A stretch of DNA of 32,000 bases from NCBI RefSeq assembly GCF_000195755.1, contig NC_002937.3, positions 2,460,001-2,492,000 of the forward strand, written 5' to 3'. The position numbers and the translations under genes are program-made. The notes below the pieces were generated by a model, which was given only the letters and a program-made list of their open reading frames with translations, did no database searches and had not been told where the DNA came from. This DNA is from Nitratidesulfovibrio vulgaris str. Hildenborough (GTDB lineage Bacteria; Desulfobacterota; Desulfovibrionia; Desulfovibrionales; Desulfovibrionaceae). Positions 8,564-16,430 of the stretch are shown here, piece after piece (positions within the stretch are counted from its first letter, which is position 1; each line of letters opens with the position of its first letter).

Positions 8564-11254
8564 CTAGAAGAACTGGCCCATCGAGAATTCGAAGCGACCG
8601 CTATGCTGTTCTCCGTCGCGTCCCTCGTCGAGAGGGAAGCCATAGGCGAACCGCAGGTCGCCCATGGGCGAACGCCAGCGCATCTCGAGACCCACGGACT
8701 TCTTCAGCTCGTCGTCCCAGTTGAATTCGGCGGACGAGTCATAGTTGATGCCCATGTCGAAGAAGGGCACCAGCGCGAGGCCGAGGTCGGGCTTGAACAC
8801 CCAGATGTATTCGAGGTTGACGAAGGCCATACGGTCGCCGCCGATGCGGTCGCCCGATTCGGGGTCACGCGGCGAGATGTCACGCGAGTTGTACCCGCGG
8901 ATGCTGTCGATGCCACCGATGTAGAAGCGTTCGAACACGGGGACGTCGCCCTGCCCGTTCTCCAGCACGGCACCACCACGGGTGCGACCATGGAGCACGT
9001 GGTTGGGGGCAAGCTGGTGATAGGCCTGAAACTCGACGACAGGCTTGATGAAGTCGTCGTCACCGCCGATGGGCCCGCCACCGAACTCGTTGAAGGTCTT
9101 GAAGATGGTACCCTTGGTGGGCTTCTCCTTGCTGTCGGTGGTGTCTCGGGTGAACCGGACATGCGCGACGCTGGATATGTTCTCGCCCTCACGCTCCTTG
9201 ATGATCTTCGCGGCATCGTCATCGATGTCATACAGTTCGTAACGGTCGAGGCGGTAGCCCCAGCCCACGGTGCTGTATTCGCCCACAGGCAGGGCGAAGC
9301 GGATGGTGTCACCAATGGTGTTCTTGCTGAAGTCGTCGAAGTACTCGCGCGAGATGTAGGCGTCGTTGCCGAAGCTCAGGTCGCCGTCATTGACGCGGGG
9401 GTTGGTGAACGAGGCGATGAAGGAGTTGCGCTTGCCCGAGAAGAACGCCTGCAGCGAGGCATAGTAGCCCTTGCCGAACAGGTTGCGTTCCATGATCGTG
9501 CCGCTGACGCCGAACTGATAGAAGGTGGAATAGCCGACACCGCCTATCAGGGCACCGGTGTTCTGTTCCTTGACCTTCACCTTGAGGTCGACCTCGTCCT
9601 CCTTCTGCGTGGGCACGAGTTCGGTGTCCACCTGCGAGAAGTAGCGGGTACGGTTCAGACGCTCGTTGCTACGGCGCAGCTTGGCGCCTTCGAACATGTC
9701 GCCGTCGGCAATGCGCATCTCGCGCAGCACCACGTTGTCACGGGTCTTCTGGTTGCCTTCGACAAGCACGCGGTTGATGTAGACCTTCTGACGCTTGCGG
9801 ATGACGTAGGTCACATCGATGACATGCTCTTCGGCGCTCTTCTGTGTGCGCGAATTGATCTCGGCGAAGGCGTAGCCGTAGTCGGCGTAGTAGTCGCTGA
9901 GCAGCTTGTCGTCGGTCTGCATCACGTCAAGGGCGAAGTACTGGTTGTCCTTCTTGTGGTCGTCGAGTTTGACGACCTTCAGAAGCCGCTCGTCGGTATC
10001 GATAAGTTCGCCGTCGAAGCCGATCTTGCCAAGCTTGTAACGGGGTCCTTCCTTGACTGCGAAGGAGACGATGATGCCGTCCTCCTCATAGTCGACCTTG
10101 GGGGCGGAGACCAGCGCGTCGACATAGCCATGATTGAGGCAGTAGGCGGTGATGGCGGCAGAGTCGCGTTCAAGCAGTTCGTCCTTGAGGACGCCCGTGC
10201 CGGTGAACCACGAGAACATGCCACGCTCGGAAAGCGCGAGGATGTCCTTGACTTCGCTCTCGGAAAGCTCCTTGAGTCCCTCGATCTTGACCTTCTTGAT
10301 ATAGAGCTTGTTGCCTTCCTCCACGTTCAGCACGAGCGTGGCGGAGGCAGCCCCCTGACGCGCCTCGACGCGGTGGGTCACATGGGCGAGGTAGAAGCCT
10401 TCCTTGCGATAGAGTTCCGTGACCTTCTGCAAGTCCTGCGCGAGGAGTTTGTCGTTGAGGACCGAGCCCGTCTTGGAGCTCATGGCAGCGAGGATATCGT
10501 CGTGACCGACCTTGTCGGAGCCTTCGATGACGATGTTGTCGATGCGCGGCTTCTCGGTGACGGTGTACACGAGTACCGTTCCGTCGCCGCCCTGCTCCAC
10601 ACTCGCCTGCACGTCACTGAAATAGCCGAGATCCCAGATGCGCTTGATTTCCTTGTTGATGGCGGCGGGGTCGATGGGGTCGCCCTTGCGGGTGGAGAGG
10701 CGCATGAGCACGACGTCGGGGTCAAGCACCTTGGTGCCGCGCACCTTCACGTCGGCGATGGCGTTGCCGCTGGTGAATTCGCCCGCCACACGGTCGACCA
10801 GTTCGTCGACGGCGGGAAGGATGTTGATGATGCCCTGCTTCTGGATGAAGAAGGGTTTGGCGGGCTTGACGCCGAGGGCATCGACAACGCGCAGGTCTAT
10901 GCTGAAGCTGTCTCCCAGCTGGGTGAAGCTGCCGTACACCGTGTACCCTGCCTGCGCCATGACCGCGAGGTTGCGCGCCGAGGCGATGTCGAGTTCGGTC
11001 ACGCGCTGGCGGCGCAGTATGGCCTTGACGTCCGACTGGGGAAGCACGTGCAGCCCGCGCGCAACAAGGCGCTGGGCCACGAGTTCGGGCAGGTCTTCGT
11101 TCAGGTACTCGAGGTCCTTGCCCGCGTTCACCTGAAAGGGCAGCACCATGATGGTGGTCTCCTGCACGGCGGGTGCTGCCTGCACAAGGCCCACCTGCAC
11201 AAGAAGGAGCAACAGGAACGCGAGAATGAGGCCCCTACGGGCGGTGTTGGTCAT
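8564..11254 (-). CDS. bamA: outer membrane protein assembly factor BamA with an extra N-terminal domain
   Basis: The 896-aa product has a signal peptide and POTRA repeats from about aa 166 (IADVKVRGTKVLDPDVV...). It has a C-terminal Omp85 barrel with RGY and GGDRMAFVNLEY motifs and ends in FSMGQFF. Confidence 0.93.
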   Translation of the reverse strand: MTNTARRGLILAFLLLLLVQVGLVQAAPAVQETTIMVLPFQVNAGKDLEYLNEDLPELVAQRLVARGLHVLPQSDVKAILRRQRVTELDIASARNLAVMAQAGYTVYGSFTQLGDSFSIDLRVVDALGVKPAKPFFIQKQGIINILPAVDELVDRVAGEFTSGNAIADVKVRGTKVLDPDVVLMRLSTRKGDPIDPAAINKEIKRIWDLGYFSDVQASVEQGGDGTVLVYTVTEKPRIDNIVIEGSDKVGHDDILAAMSSKTGSVLNDKLLAQDLQKVTELYRKEGFYLAHVTHRVEARQGAASATLVLNVEEGNKLYIKKVKIEGLKELSESEVKDILALSERGMFSWFTGTGVLKDELLERDSAAITAYCLNHGYVDALVSAPKVDYEEDGIIVSFAVKEGPRYKLGKIGFDGELIDTDERLLKVVKLDDHKKDNQYFALDVMQTDDKLLSDYYADYGYAFAEINSRTQKSAEEHVIDVTYVIRKRQKVYINRVLVEGNQKTRDNVVLREMRIADGDMFEGAKLRRSNERLNRTRYFSQVDTELVPTQKEDEVDLKVKVKEQNTGALIGGVGYSTFYQFGVSGTIMERNLFGKGYYASLQAFFSGKRNSFIASFTNPRVNDGDLSFGNDAYISREYFDDFSKNTIGDTIRFALPVGEYSTVGWGYRLDRYELYDIDDDAAKIIKEREGENISSVAHVRFTRDTTDSKEKPTKGTIFKTFNEFGGGPIGGDDDFIKPVVEFQAYHQLAPNHVLHGRTRGGAVLENGQGDVPVFERFYIGGIDSIRGYNSRDISPRDPESGDRIGGDRMAFVNLEYIWVFKPDLGLALVPFFDMGINYDSSAEFNWDDELKKSVGLEMRWRSPMGDLRFAYGFPLDEGRDGEQHSGRFEFSMGQFF

Positions 11255-11936
11255 AAAGCTCTCCGGCTCTGAGTTCGAGGCGCCTGCCCATCAGATCGGC
11301 CAGTTCCCGGTTATGGGTGACAACGATCAGCGTCATGCCGAGTTCACGGTTGAGATCAAGTAGCATTCTACCGACGACATCGCCGGTACGTTCGTCGAGG
11401 TTGCCGGTGGGTTCGTCCGCGAGCAGGACACGGGGACGCAGCAATATGGCGCGTGCAATGGCCGCACGCTGCCGCTCACCGCCTGAAAGGGTCGTCACCT
11501 TGTGCTCGACCCGGCCCGAAAGTCCCACCTTGTCGAGGGCCTCGCGCGCAAGGCCGTAGGCCTCCGCATGCGGCATGCCGCTGATGATGGCCTGCATCGC
11601 CACGTTCTCCACCGTGCTGAACTCGGGCAGAAGGTGGTGGAACTGAAAGACGAAGCCGATCTCGCGGTTGCGGAATGCGGCCTTCTCTTCCGGCGACATG
11701 GCCCCCATGTCACGATCGAGAAAATGCAGTTTTCCCCATGTGGGAGTATCAAGAGCACCGAGCAGATGCAAGAGGGTGGACTTGCCGGAACCGGAGGCGC
11801 CGACGATGGCGACGGACTCGCCCGCCTCTATGGTCAGGTCGAGGCCCTTCAGGATGACGAGTTCCTCGCCGGGGCCGTCGTATTCCTTGCCTACGCCTTC
11901 GAGGCGGTACAGCGGTGTGGATGGTGTCGTCATCAT
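11235..11936 (-). CDS. lolD: lipoprotein-releasing system ATP-binding protein
   Basis: I trimmed ORF 11235..12128 to the ATG at 11936, which overlaps the lolC stop (ATGA). The product has Walker A GASGSGKST, signature LSGGERQR and Walker B LLADEPTGNLD. It is MacB/LolD-type. Confidence 0.9.
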   Translation of the reverse strand: MMTTPSTPLYRLEGVGKEYDGPGEELVILKGLDLTIEAGESVAIVGASGSGKSTLLHLLGALDTPTWGKLHFLDRDMGAMSPEEKAAFRNREIGFVFQFHHLLPEFSTVENVAMQAIISGMPHAEAYGLAREALDKVGLSGRVEHKVTTLSGGERQRAAIARAILLRPRVLLADEPTGNLDERTGDVVGRMLLDLNRELGMTLIVVTHNRELADLMGRRLELRAGELYDQHRP

Positions 11937-13168
11937 TCGTACCGCAACGCTTCGACCGGTTCGAGGGCCGCAGCCTGCCGCGCCGGGTAGATGGTGGCTA
12001 GAAAACAGAGGAGCATGGCAGCGCCGCCCACGGCGGCAAGGTCCGACCACTGGAGCAGCACGGGCAGGTGGTCGATGGAATAGACACCCTGCGGCAACTT
12101 GATGAACTGGTAGCGCTGCAACGCCCACGACACGGAGAGCCCCAGCACATAACCGAGCGCAGTGCCGATGGCCCCGATGATGGTACCCTGCAGCATGAAT
12201 ATACGCCGTACCATGCTGCGTGTGGCCCCCATGGACATGAGGATGGCGATGTCGCGCGTCTTCTCCATGACCAGCATGACCAGCGTGGTGACGATGGAGA
12301 ACGACCCCACCAGCACGATGAGGGCGAGGATGACGAACATGGCCGTCTTCTCCAGCTTGAGCGCGGCGAAGAGGTTGGCGTTCATCTCCATCCAGTTGCG
12401 GACATAGTAGGGGTAGCCGCCCGACGCCTTGAGCACGTCCTCGCCGATGACGTCGGCCTTGTAGACGTCATCGACAACGACCTCGATACCCGAGACCTGA
12501 CCTTCAGGCAGTCCGAGGATGTCGCGTGCGGCGTCGAGAGTCACGAATCCGAGCGAGGAATCATACTCGTACATGCCGGTGGTGAAGATGCCGGCAACCC
12601 GGAAGGGACGGATGCGGGGGGCAAAACCCGTGGTGGTCTTCTGCCCGTCGGGAGACAGCAGGTTCACCCTGCTGCCGGTGGTGATGCCGAGTCGGTTGGC
12701 GAGTTCCTGCCCGATGATGATGCCGTGCGCACCGTCGGGCCCGGCCGGCAGGTCGCGCAGCCCCCCCCGCGTCATGCGCGAGAGGATGGACAGCACACCC
12801 GGTGCCGTCTGCGGGTCGATGCCGCGCAGCACGAGTCCTTTCACGCCATGAGGCGTGGACAGCATGGTCTCGGAGTAGATGAACGGGGTTGCCCCCTTCA
12901 CGCCGCGCACATCCTGCACGCGCCCCATGAGCTCGCCGACGTCGCGCATGGCGGCGGGCTTTGAACTCATGACGATGACATGGGCATTGGCACCCAGTAT
13001 CTTGTCGCGCAGGTCTGTGGTGAAGCCGTTCATGACGCCAAGCACGACGATGAGCGACGCCACCCCCAGCCCTACGCCGATGATGGACATGGCGGAGATG
13101 ACGGAGATGAACGCCTGCTTACGCCGGGCGAATAGATATCGCCCGGCGACGAACAACTCGAAGGACAT
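11933..13168 (-). CDS. lolC: lipoprotein-releasing system permease LolC/LolE family
   Basis: The 411-aa product starts MSFELFVAGRYLFARRKQAFISVIS, as LolC/E proteins do. It has a periplasmic MacB-like domain and a C-terminal FtsX 3-TM bundle. Confidence 0.9.
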   Translation of the reverse strand: MSFELFVAGRYLFARRKQAFISVISAMSIIGVGLGVASLIVVLGVMNGFTTDLRDKILGANAHVIVMSSKPAAMRDVGELMGRVQDVRGVKGATPFIYSETMLSTPHGVKGLVLRGIDPQTAPGVLSILSRMTRGGLRDLPAGPDGAHGIIIGQELANRLGITTGSRVNLLSPDGQKTTTGFAPRIRPFRVAGIFTTGMYEYDSSLGFVTLDAARDILGLPEGQVSGIEVVVDDVYKADVIGEDVLKASGGYPYYVRNWMEMNANLFAALKLEKTAMFVILALIVLVGSFSIVTTLVMLVMEKTRDIAILMSMGATRSMVRRIFMLQGTIIGAIGTALGYVLGLSVSWALQRYQFIKLPQGVYSIDHLPVLLQWSDLAAVGGAAMLLCFLATIYPARQAAALEPVEALRYE

Positions 13169-13175
13169 GTGGTTT

Positions 13176-14768
13176 TCAGCTCTCCGGCTTCAGCAGCGGA
13201 AAGAGGATGACCTCGCGGATGGAGGGCGAGTCGGTCAGCAGCATGACGAGGCGGTCGATACCCACGCCCTGCCCAGCCGCGGGCGGCATACCGTATTCGA
13301 GCGCGCGCAGGTAGTCCTCGTCCATGAAATGCGCCTCGTCGTCACCAGCCTCCTTCTCCTTGACCTGGTCCTCGAAGCGCATGCGCTGGTCGACGGGGTC
13401 GTTCAATTCAGAGAAGGCGTTGGCGAGTTCGCGCCCGGTGATGAACAGTTCGAAACGGTCGGTGACGTCCGGGTTCTGCTCGTTCCTGCGCGACAGGGGC
13501 GAGATGTCGGTCGGGTAGTGGTAGATGAACGTGGGCTGGATGAGCCGGGGTTCCACGTCGAGGTCGAACAGCTTGGCCTGTAGCTTGCCCAGCTTCTCGC
13601 CCTGAAGCACCTTCTCGCCACGCTCACGCACGTAGGCACGAACCTTCTCGTAGTCGTTGTAGAACTCGGGGGAATGCCCACCCACCTTCTCAAGCGACTC
13701 GTGGAAGGTCAGACGCACCCACTTGCCGGGCGTGAGGTCGACCTCCTGCCCCTGATAGGTGATGACCGAAGAGCCACAGACCTCGCGCGCGATGTGCGAG
13801 AACAGCTCCTCGGTGAGGTCCATCAGGTCTTCGAACGTGGCATAGGCCCAGTAGAACTCACACATGGTGAATTCAGGGTTGTGCTGGGTGGATATGCCCT
13901 CGTTGCGGAAGTTGCGGTTGATCTCGAAGACCTTCTCGAAACCGCCCACGAGCAGGCGTTTCAGATAGAGCTCGGGCGCGATGCGCATGTAGAGCTGCAT
14001 ATCCAGCGCGTTGTGGAAGGTGACGAACGGCTTTGCCGTGGCGCCGCCGGGGATGGCCTGCATCATCGGCGTCTCGACTTCCATGAAACCGCGGGCTTCG
14101 AGGAAGCGCCTGAACTCACGGACGATGATCGTGCGCTTGCGGAAGATGTCGCGGGCCCGCGGCGTGACGATGAGGTCGACGTAGCGCTGGCGATAGCGGA
14201 TTTCCACGTCCTTGAGGCCGTGATACTTCTCGGGGAGGGGCCGGATGGACTTGGTCAGCAGGCGCACCTCGGTACAGGAGAGCGTGAGCTCGCCCGTCTT
14301 GGTGCGAAAGAGCCTTCCGCTCACGCCGACGATATCGCCGATGTCGAGCTTCTTGAAGGTCTTGTAGGCTTCTTCGCCCAGTTCCTCACGCGCGGCATAG
14401 CACTGCATGCGCCCCGTGCGATCCATTATATGGAAGAAGGCCACCTTGCCGAACGAACGGTGCGAAACGATGCGCCCCGCCATCGTGAAGGCGGCGTCCA
14501 CCGTTTCGAGCTCATCAGCATCGAGCCCCTCGTACTCGGCAAGTACCGGTGCGATGTCGTGCTTCTTGATGAAACCGTTCGGGTAGGCCGACACTCCGGC
14601 GTCGAGAAGTTCGCACGTCTTCACGACGCGGTTCTTCACCACCTCGTTAAGCTCGTCGCGGGCTTCGAGGCTTTCGAGCATCGGCATGAAATAGTCGGCG
14701 TGGGCCGACTTCGTGGGCAATTTGACCTTCTTGCGCTTCGGCTGTTCCTGGATACTCAAGACAGACAC
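13176..14768 (-). CDS. lysS: lysine--tRNA ligase, class II
   Basis: The product is collinear with E. coli LysS. Matching motifs are RYRQRYVDLI, FMEVETPMMQ, RIAPELYLKRLLVGGFEKVFEINRNFRNEG and GIDRLVMLL. The start codon at 14768 is GTG without a convincing SD. In-frame ATGs at codons 28 and 30 are alternatives. Confidence 0.9.
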   Translation of the reverse strand: MSVLSIQEQPKRKKVKLPTKSAHADYFMPMLESLEARDELNEVVKNRVVKTCELLDAGVSAYPNGFIKKHDIAPVLAEYEGLDADELETVDAAFTMAGRIVSHRSFGKVAFFHIMDRTGRMQCYAAREELGEEAYKTFKKLDIGDIVGVSGRLFRTKTGELTLSCTEVRLLTKSIRPLPEKYHGLKDVEIRYRQRYVDLIVTPRARDIFRKRTIIVREFRRFLEARGFMEVETPMMQAIPGGATAKPFVTFHNALDMQLYMRIAPELYLKRLLVGGFEKVFEINRNFRNEGISTQHNPEFTMCEFYWAYATFEDLMDLTEELFSHIAREVCGSSVITYQGQEVDLTPGKWVRLTFHESLEKVGGHSPEFYNDYEKVRAYVRERGEKVLQGEKLGKLQAKLFDLDVEPRLIQPTFIYHYPTDISPLSRRNEQNPDVTDRFELFITGRELANAFSELNDPVDQRMRFEDQVKEKEAGDDEAHFMDEDYLRALEYGMPPAAGQGVGIDRLVMLLTDSPSIREVILFPLLKPES

Positions 14769-14894
14769 TCCGTAGTCTTGGAAATTCGCTCATGTGTCGA
14801 ATTGGGAAGGGGTATGCCAATTGCGCCCGCCCGTCAAGAAACGCCCCGCCAGCCTGCGTCCTTTATCTTTTTCTCCCGCCCTCCCTCTTTTTTC

Positions 14895-14923
14895 TTGACC
14901 CTCGCCCCCCGACCGAGTATCAA
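14895..14923 (+). promoter_or_regulatory. sigma70-type promoter for tRNA-Asn
   Basis: TTGACC (14895-14900) and TATCAA (14918-14923) are separated by a 17-nt spacer. A T-rich tract lies upstream. The tRNA 5' end is 27 nt downstream of the -10 element. Confidence 0.55.
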
Positions 14924-14949
14924 GTGCTCCGCGCCATGAGGCGCCACCT

Positions 14950-15025
14950 TCCCCGGTGGCTCAATCGGCAGAGCGGGTGACTGTTAATCACTAGGTTGGC
15001 GGTTCAAGTCCGTCCCGGGGAGCCA
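14950..15025 (+). tRNA. tRNA-Asn (anticodon GTT), CCA encoded
   Basis: I folded the cloverleaf by hand. The acceptor stem is TCCCCGG/CCGGGGA and the D stem is GCTC/GAGC. The anticodon stem is GGTGA/TCACT with loop CTGTTAA, giving anticodon GTT. The T arm is GGCGG-TTCAAGT-CCGTC, with discriminator G plus CCA. The total is 76 nt. Confidence 0.92.
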
Positions 15026-15033
15026 GATGATCT

Positions 15034-15065
15034 AGGCCTGTAGTAATACAGGCCTTTTTCTTTTT
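15034..15065 (+). terminator. intrinsic terminator after tRNA-Asn
   Basis: A perfect 9-bp stem, AGGCCTGTA with TACAGGCCT, has a GTAA loop and is followed by TTTTCTTTTT. Confidence 0.85.
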
Positions 15066-15319
15066 CTGCACCACACTCCCCCCGTAGCACCCGGCAGTCT
15101 CGTCATGGGGTTGTGGGGGGACTCTCAGGTTGAGAGAATGCGTCACACAAGCTGAATACGCTCACCTCTCGACGGCCACGGGCAACGGCTGACACATTGC
15201 ACTCTCTGCATCCCCCTGAAGGCATGGCCTCGGGGGGTCTTTGCATCCTGCCCCCCTGTACACCACCGCCCGAAAAGACACTTCACGTCCGGCCGTTCCG
15301 ATACGCAGATTGCGCTTCC

Positions 15320-15337
15320 GGGATAAGACGTTATCCC
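15320..15337. promoter_or_regulatory. perfect palindrome GGGATAA-GACG-TTATCCC, a candidate dimeric-regulator operator
   Basis: The 7-bp inverted arms have a 4-nt spacer. The palindrome lies 11 nt upstream of the AT-rich hexamer array and about 110 nt upstream of the AraC-family gene. Confidence 0.4.
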
Positions 15338-15348
15338 CATGTGTGATA

Positions 15349-15379
15349 TTTTGACTTTGATTTTCACTTTCATTATTCA
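15349..15379 (+). promoter_or_regulatory. AT-rich hexamer array overlapping a candidate promoter of the AraC regulator; Fur-box-like
   Basis: The array reads TTTTGA CTTTGA TTTTCA CTTTCA, four tandem YTTTSA hexamers or two 12-mers at 10/12 identity, followed by TTATTCA. TTGACT (15351-15356) and TATTCA (15374-15379) are separated by 17 nt. Positions 15359-15377 match the classical Fur box GATAATGATAATCATTATC at 12/19. Confidence 0.45.
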
Positions 15380-15404
15380 CAAACATCGAACGACGTAACC
15401 ACTC

Positions 15405-15421
15405 GCACGACAGCGTCGTGC
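15405..15421 (+). promoter_or_regulatory. 5'-UTR hairpin upstream of the AraC regulator
   Basis: GCACGAC-agc-GTCGTGC forms a perfect 7-bp stem 28 nt upstream of the ATG at 15449. Confidence 0.3.
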
Positions 15422-15448
15422 ACCACCTCCGCTGCAGGACCACACCAC

Positions 15449-16306
15449 ATGCCGCTCATTCCCACGCCAGCCTTCCACTCTCCGCAAGCAAGGGCATCGC
15501 GCACCGCCGAGGTTCACATCACCCCCCTCCTCGACCGGCAGGGCATGTGCCTTCTTCATGTCGAAGCCCGCGCCGCACATGACGGCCTGCTCATCCAGCC
15601 GGGGACGGAAGGGGTGCTCACCTGCCTCATCCTGCACAGTGGTCCCGCACCGTATGGCGAAGGCATCACCCTCTCCAGCGGCATCGCCCGCACCATCTCG
15701 ATACTTGGCGTAGACAGGGCCCTGTGCCCCGACCTTGCCGACATGCCGCCGGTACTCACCGTGCTGGCAAGCCCCTCGGTGCTGCTTTCATTGCAGGCAT
15801 GGCATACGGGCGCCCATGATGGCATGTCGCCCACTCGTGCGGCCGCCCGCCTCCTCGACCTCTTGGCCTCCGTCGTGGAGACCGCCCGCTGCGAAGACGA
15901 AGACATGCCCCCGGAACATCGCGCCGCGCACATCCTCGCCACGCATCTCGCGTCGCCTCCGCCCATCGACGACCTCGCCCGCATATGCCGCACCAGCAGG
16001 GCGACGCTGGCCCGCAGGTTCAGGGCCACCTACGGTACCACCATGCGTGAATACCTGCGGCTTCGCAGGCTAGAAGCGGCCTATCGCCTTCTCGAACGAG
16101 AAGGGGTCTCGGTGACGGATGCCGCCTACGCCGTCGGCTACGAGAGTCTGCCCTCGTTCTCGCGCGCCTTCCACGAACACTACGGCAAGGCCCCGGTCAT
16201 CGTGCGCAACAGGGTGCCTACATACGTTCCGCCTGCCCCCGTGGGGTATGTCTGCCGCCTTCACGACAGTCGCCCCCCATCCCCCGTTCACGACATCCAC
16301 GACTGA
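15449..16306 (+). CDS. AraC/XylS-family transcriptional regulator
   Basis: The 285-aa product has a C-terminal double helix-turn-helix (IDDLARICRTSRATLARRFRATYGTTMREYLRLRRLEAAYRLL ... VTDAAYAVGYESLPSFSRAFHEHYGKAP). I could not assign the ~180-aa N-terminal domain to a family. Confidence 0.85.
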   Translation: MPLIPTPAFHSPQARASRTAEVHITPLLDRQGMCLLHVEARAAHDGLLIQPGTEGVLTCLILHSGPAPYGEGITLSSGIARTISILGVDRALCPDLADMPPVLTVLASPSVLLSLQAWHTGAHDGMSPTRAAARLLDLLASVVETARCEDEDMPPEHRAAHILATHLASPPPIDDLARICRTSRATLARRFRATYGTTMREYLRLRRLEAAYRLLEREGVSVTDAAYAVGYESLPSFSRAFHEHYGKAPVIVRNRVPTYVPPAPVGYVCRLHDSRPPSPVHDIHD

Positions 16307-16430
16307 CAACGTCGTCCTGTTTTCCGGGGTTCGCCCCGCCACCATAACCCCCGCCCGCCGGGAGGTCTTCGACGACGCCCGAAGGCGACACGAGACCCCA
16401 CGACGCGGGCAGCCTGCAAGGTGACACCTC

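Noticed and set aside
7955-11272. A 1105-aa plus-strand ORF, the longest in the track.
   Set aside because: It lies exactly antisense to bamA and the amidase 5' end. The translation is low-complexity (Val/Asp/Gly/Ala/His-rich) with no motifs. The minus-strand frame gives an unmistakable BamA, so this is a typical high-GC shadow ORF.
13674-14939. A 421-aa plus-strand ORF.
   Set aside because: It is an antisense shadow of lysS, and its 3' end would run into the tRNA promoter.
15143-15373. A 76-aa Cys-containing small ORF (MKVKIKVKISHMGI...) divergent from the AraC gene. It is tempting as a precursor peptide for the neighbouring M16 protease and ABC genes.
   Set aside because: It has no SD upstream of its ATG. 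Its KVKIKVKI start is simply the translation of the hexamer operator-like repeat. I counted third-position GC at about 60 percent, far below the real genes here. No modifying enzyme (radical SAM or similar) is nearby. It would only be worth revisiting if ribosome profiling shows translation.
15026-15448. A sigma54 promoter (TGGCAC-N5-TTGC) or a canonical 19-bp Fur box in the regulator upstream region.
   Set aside because: I found no GG-N10-GC element with correct spacing; the closest string, TGGCCT...TTTGCAT, has the wrong spacing. The best Fur-box match is only 12/19, so I report it as Fur-like rather than as a Fur box.
16307-16430. A possible promoter or operator between the AraC gene and the M16 gene.
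   Set aside because: The region is GC-rich with only short direct repeats (CCCCGCC twice). It has no -35/-10 pair or palindrome that I can defend, so read-through or an AraC site cannot be decided from sequence alone.
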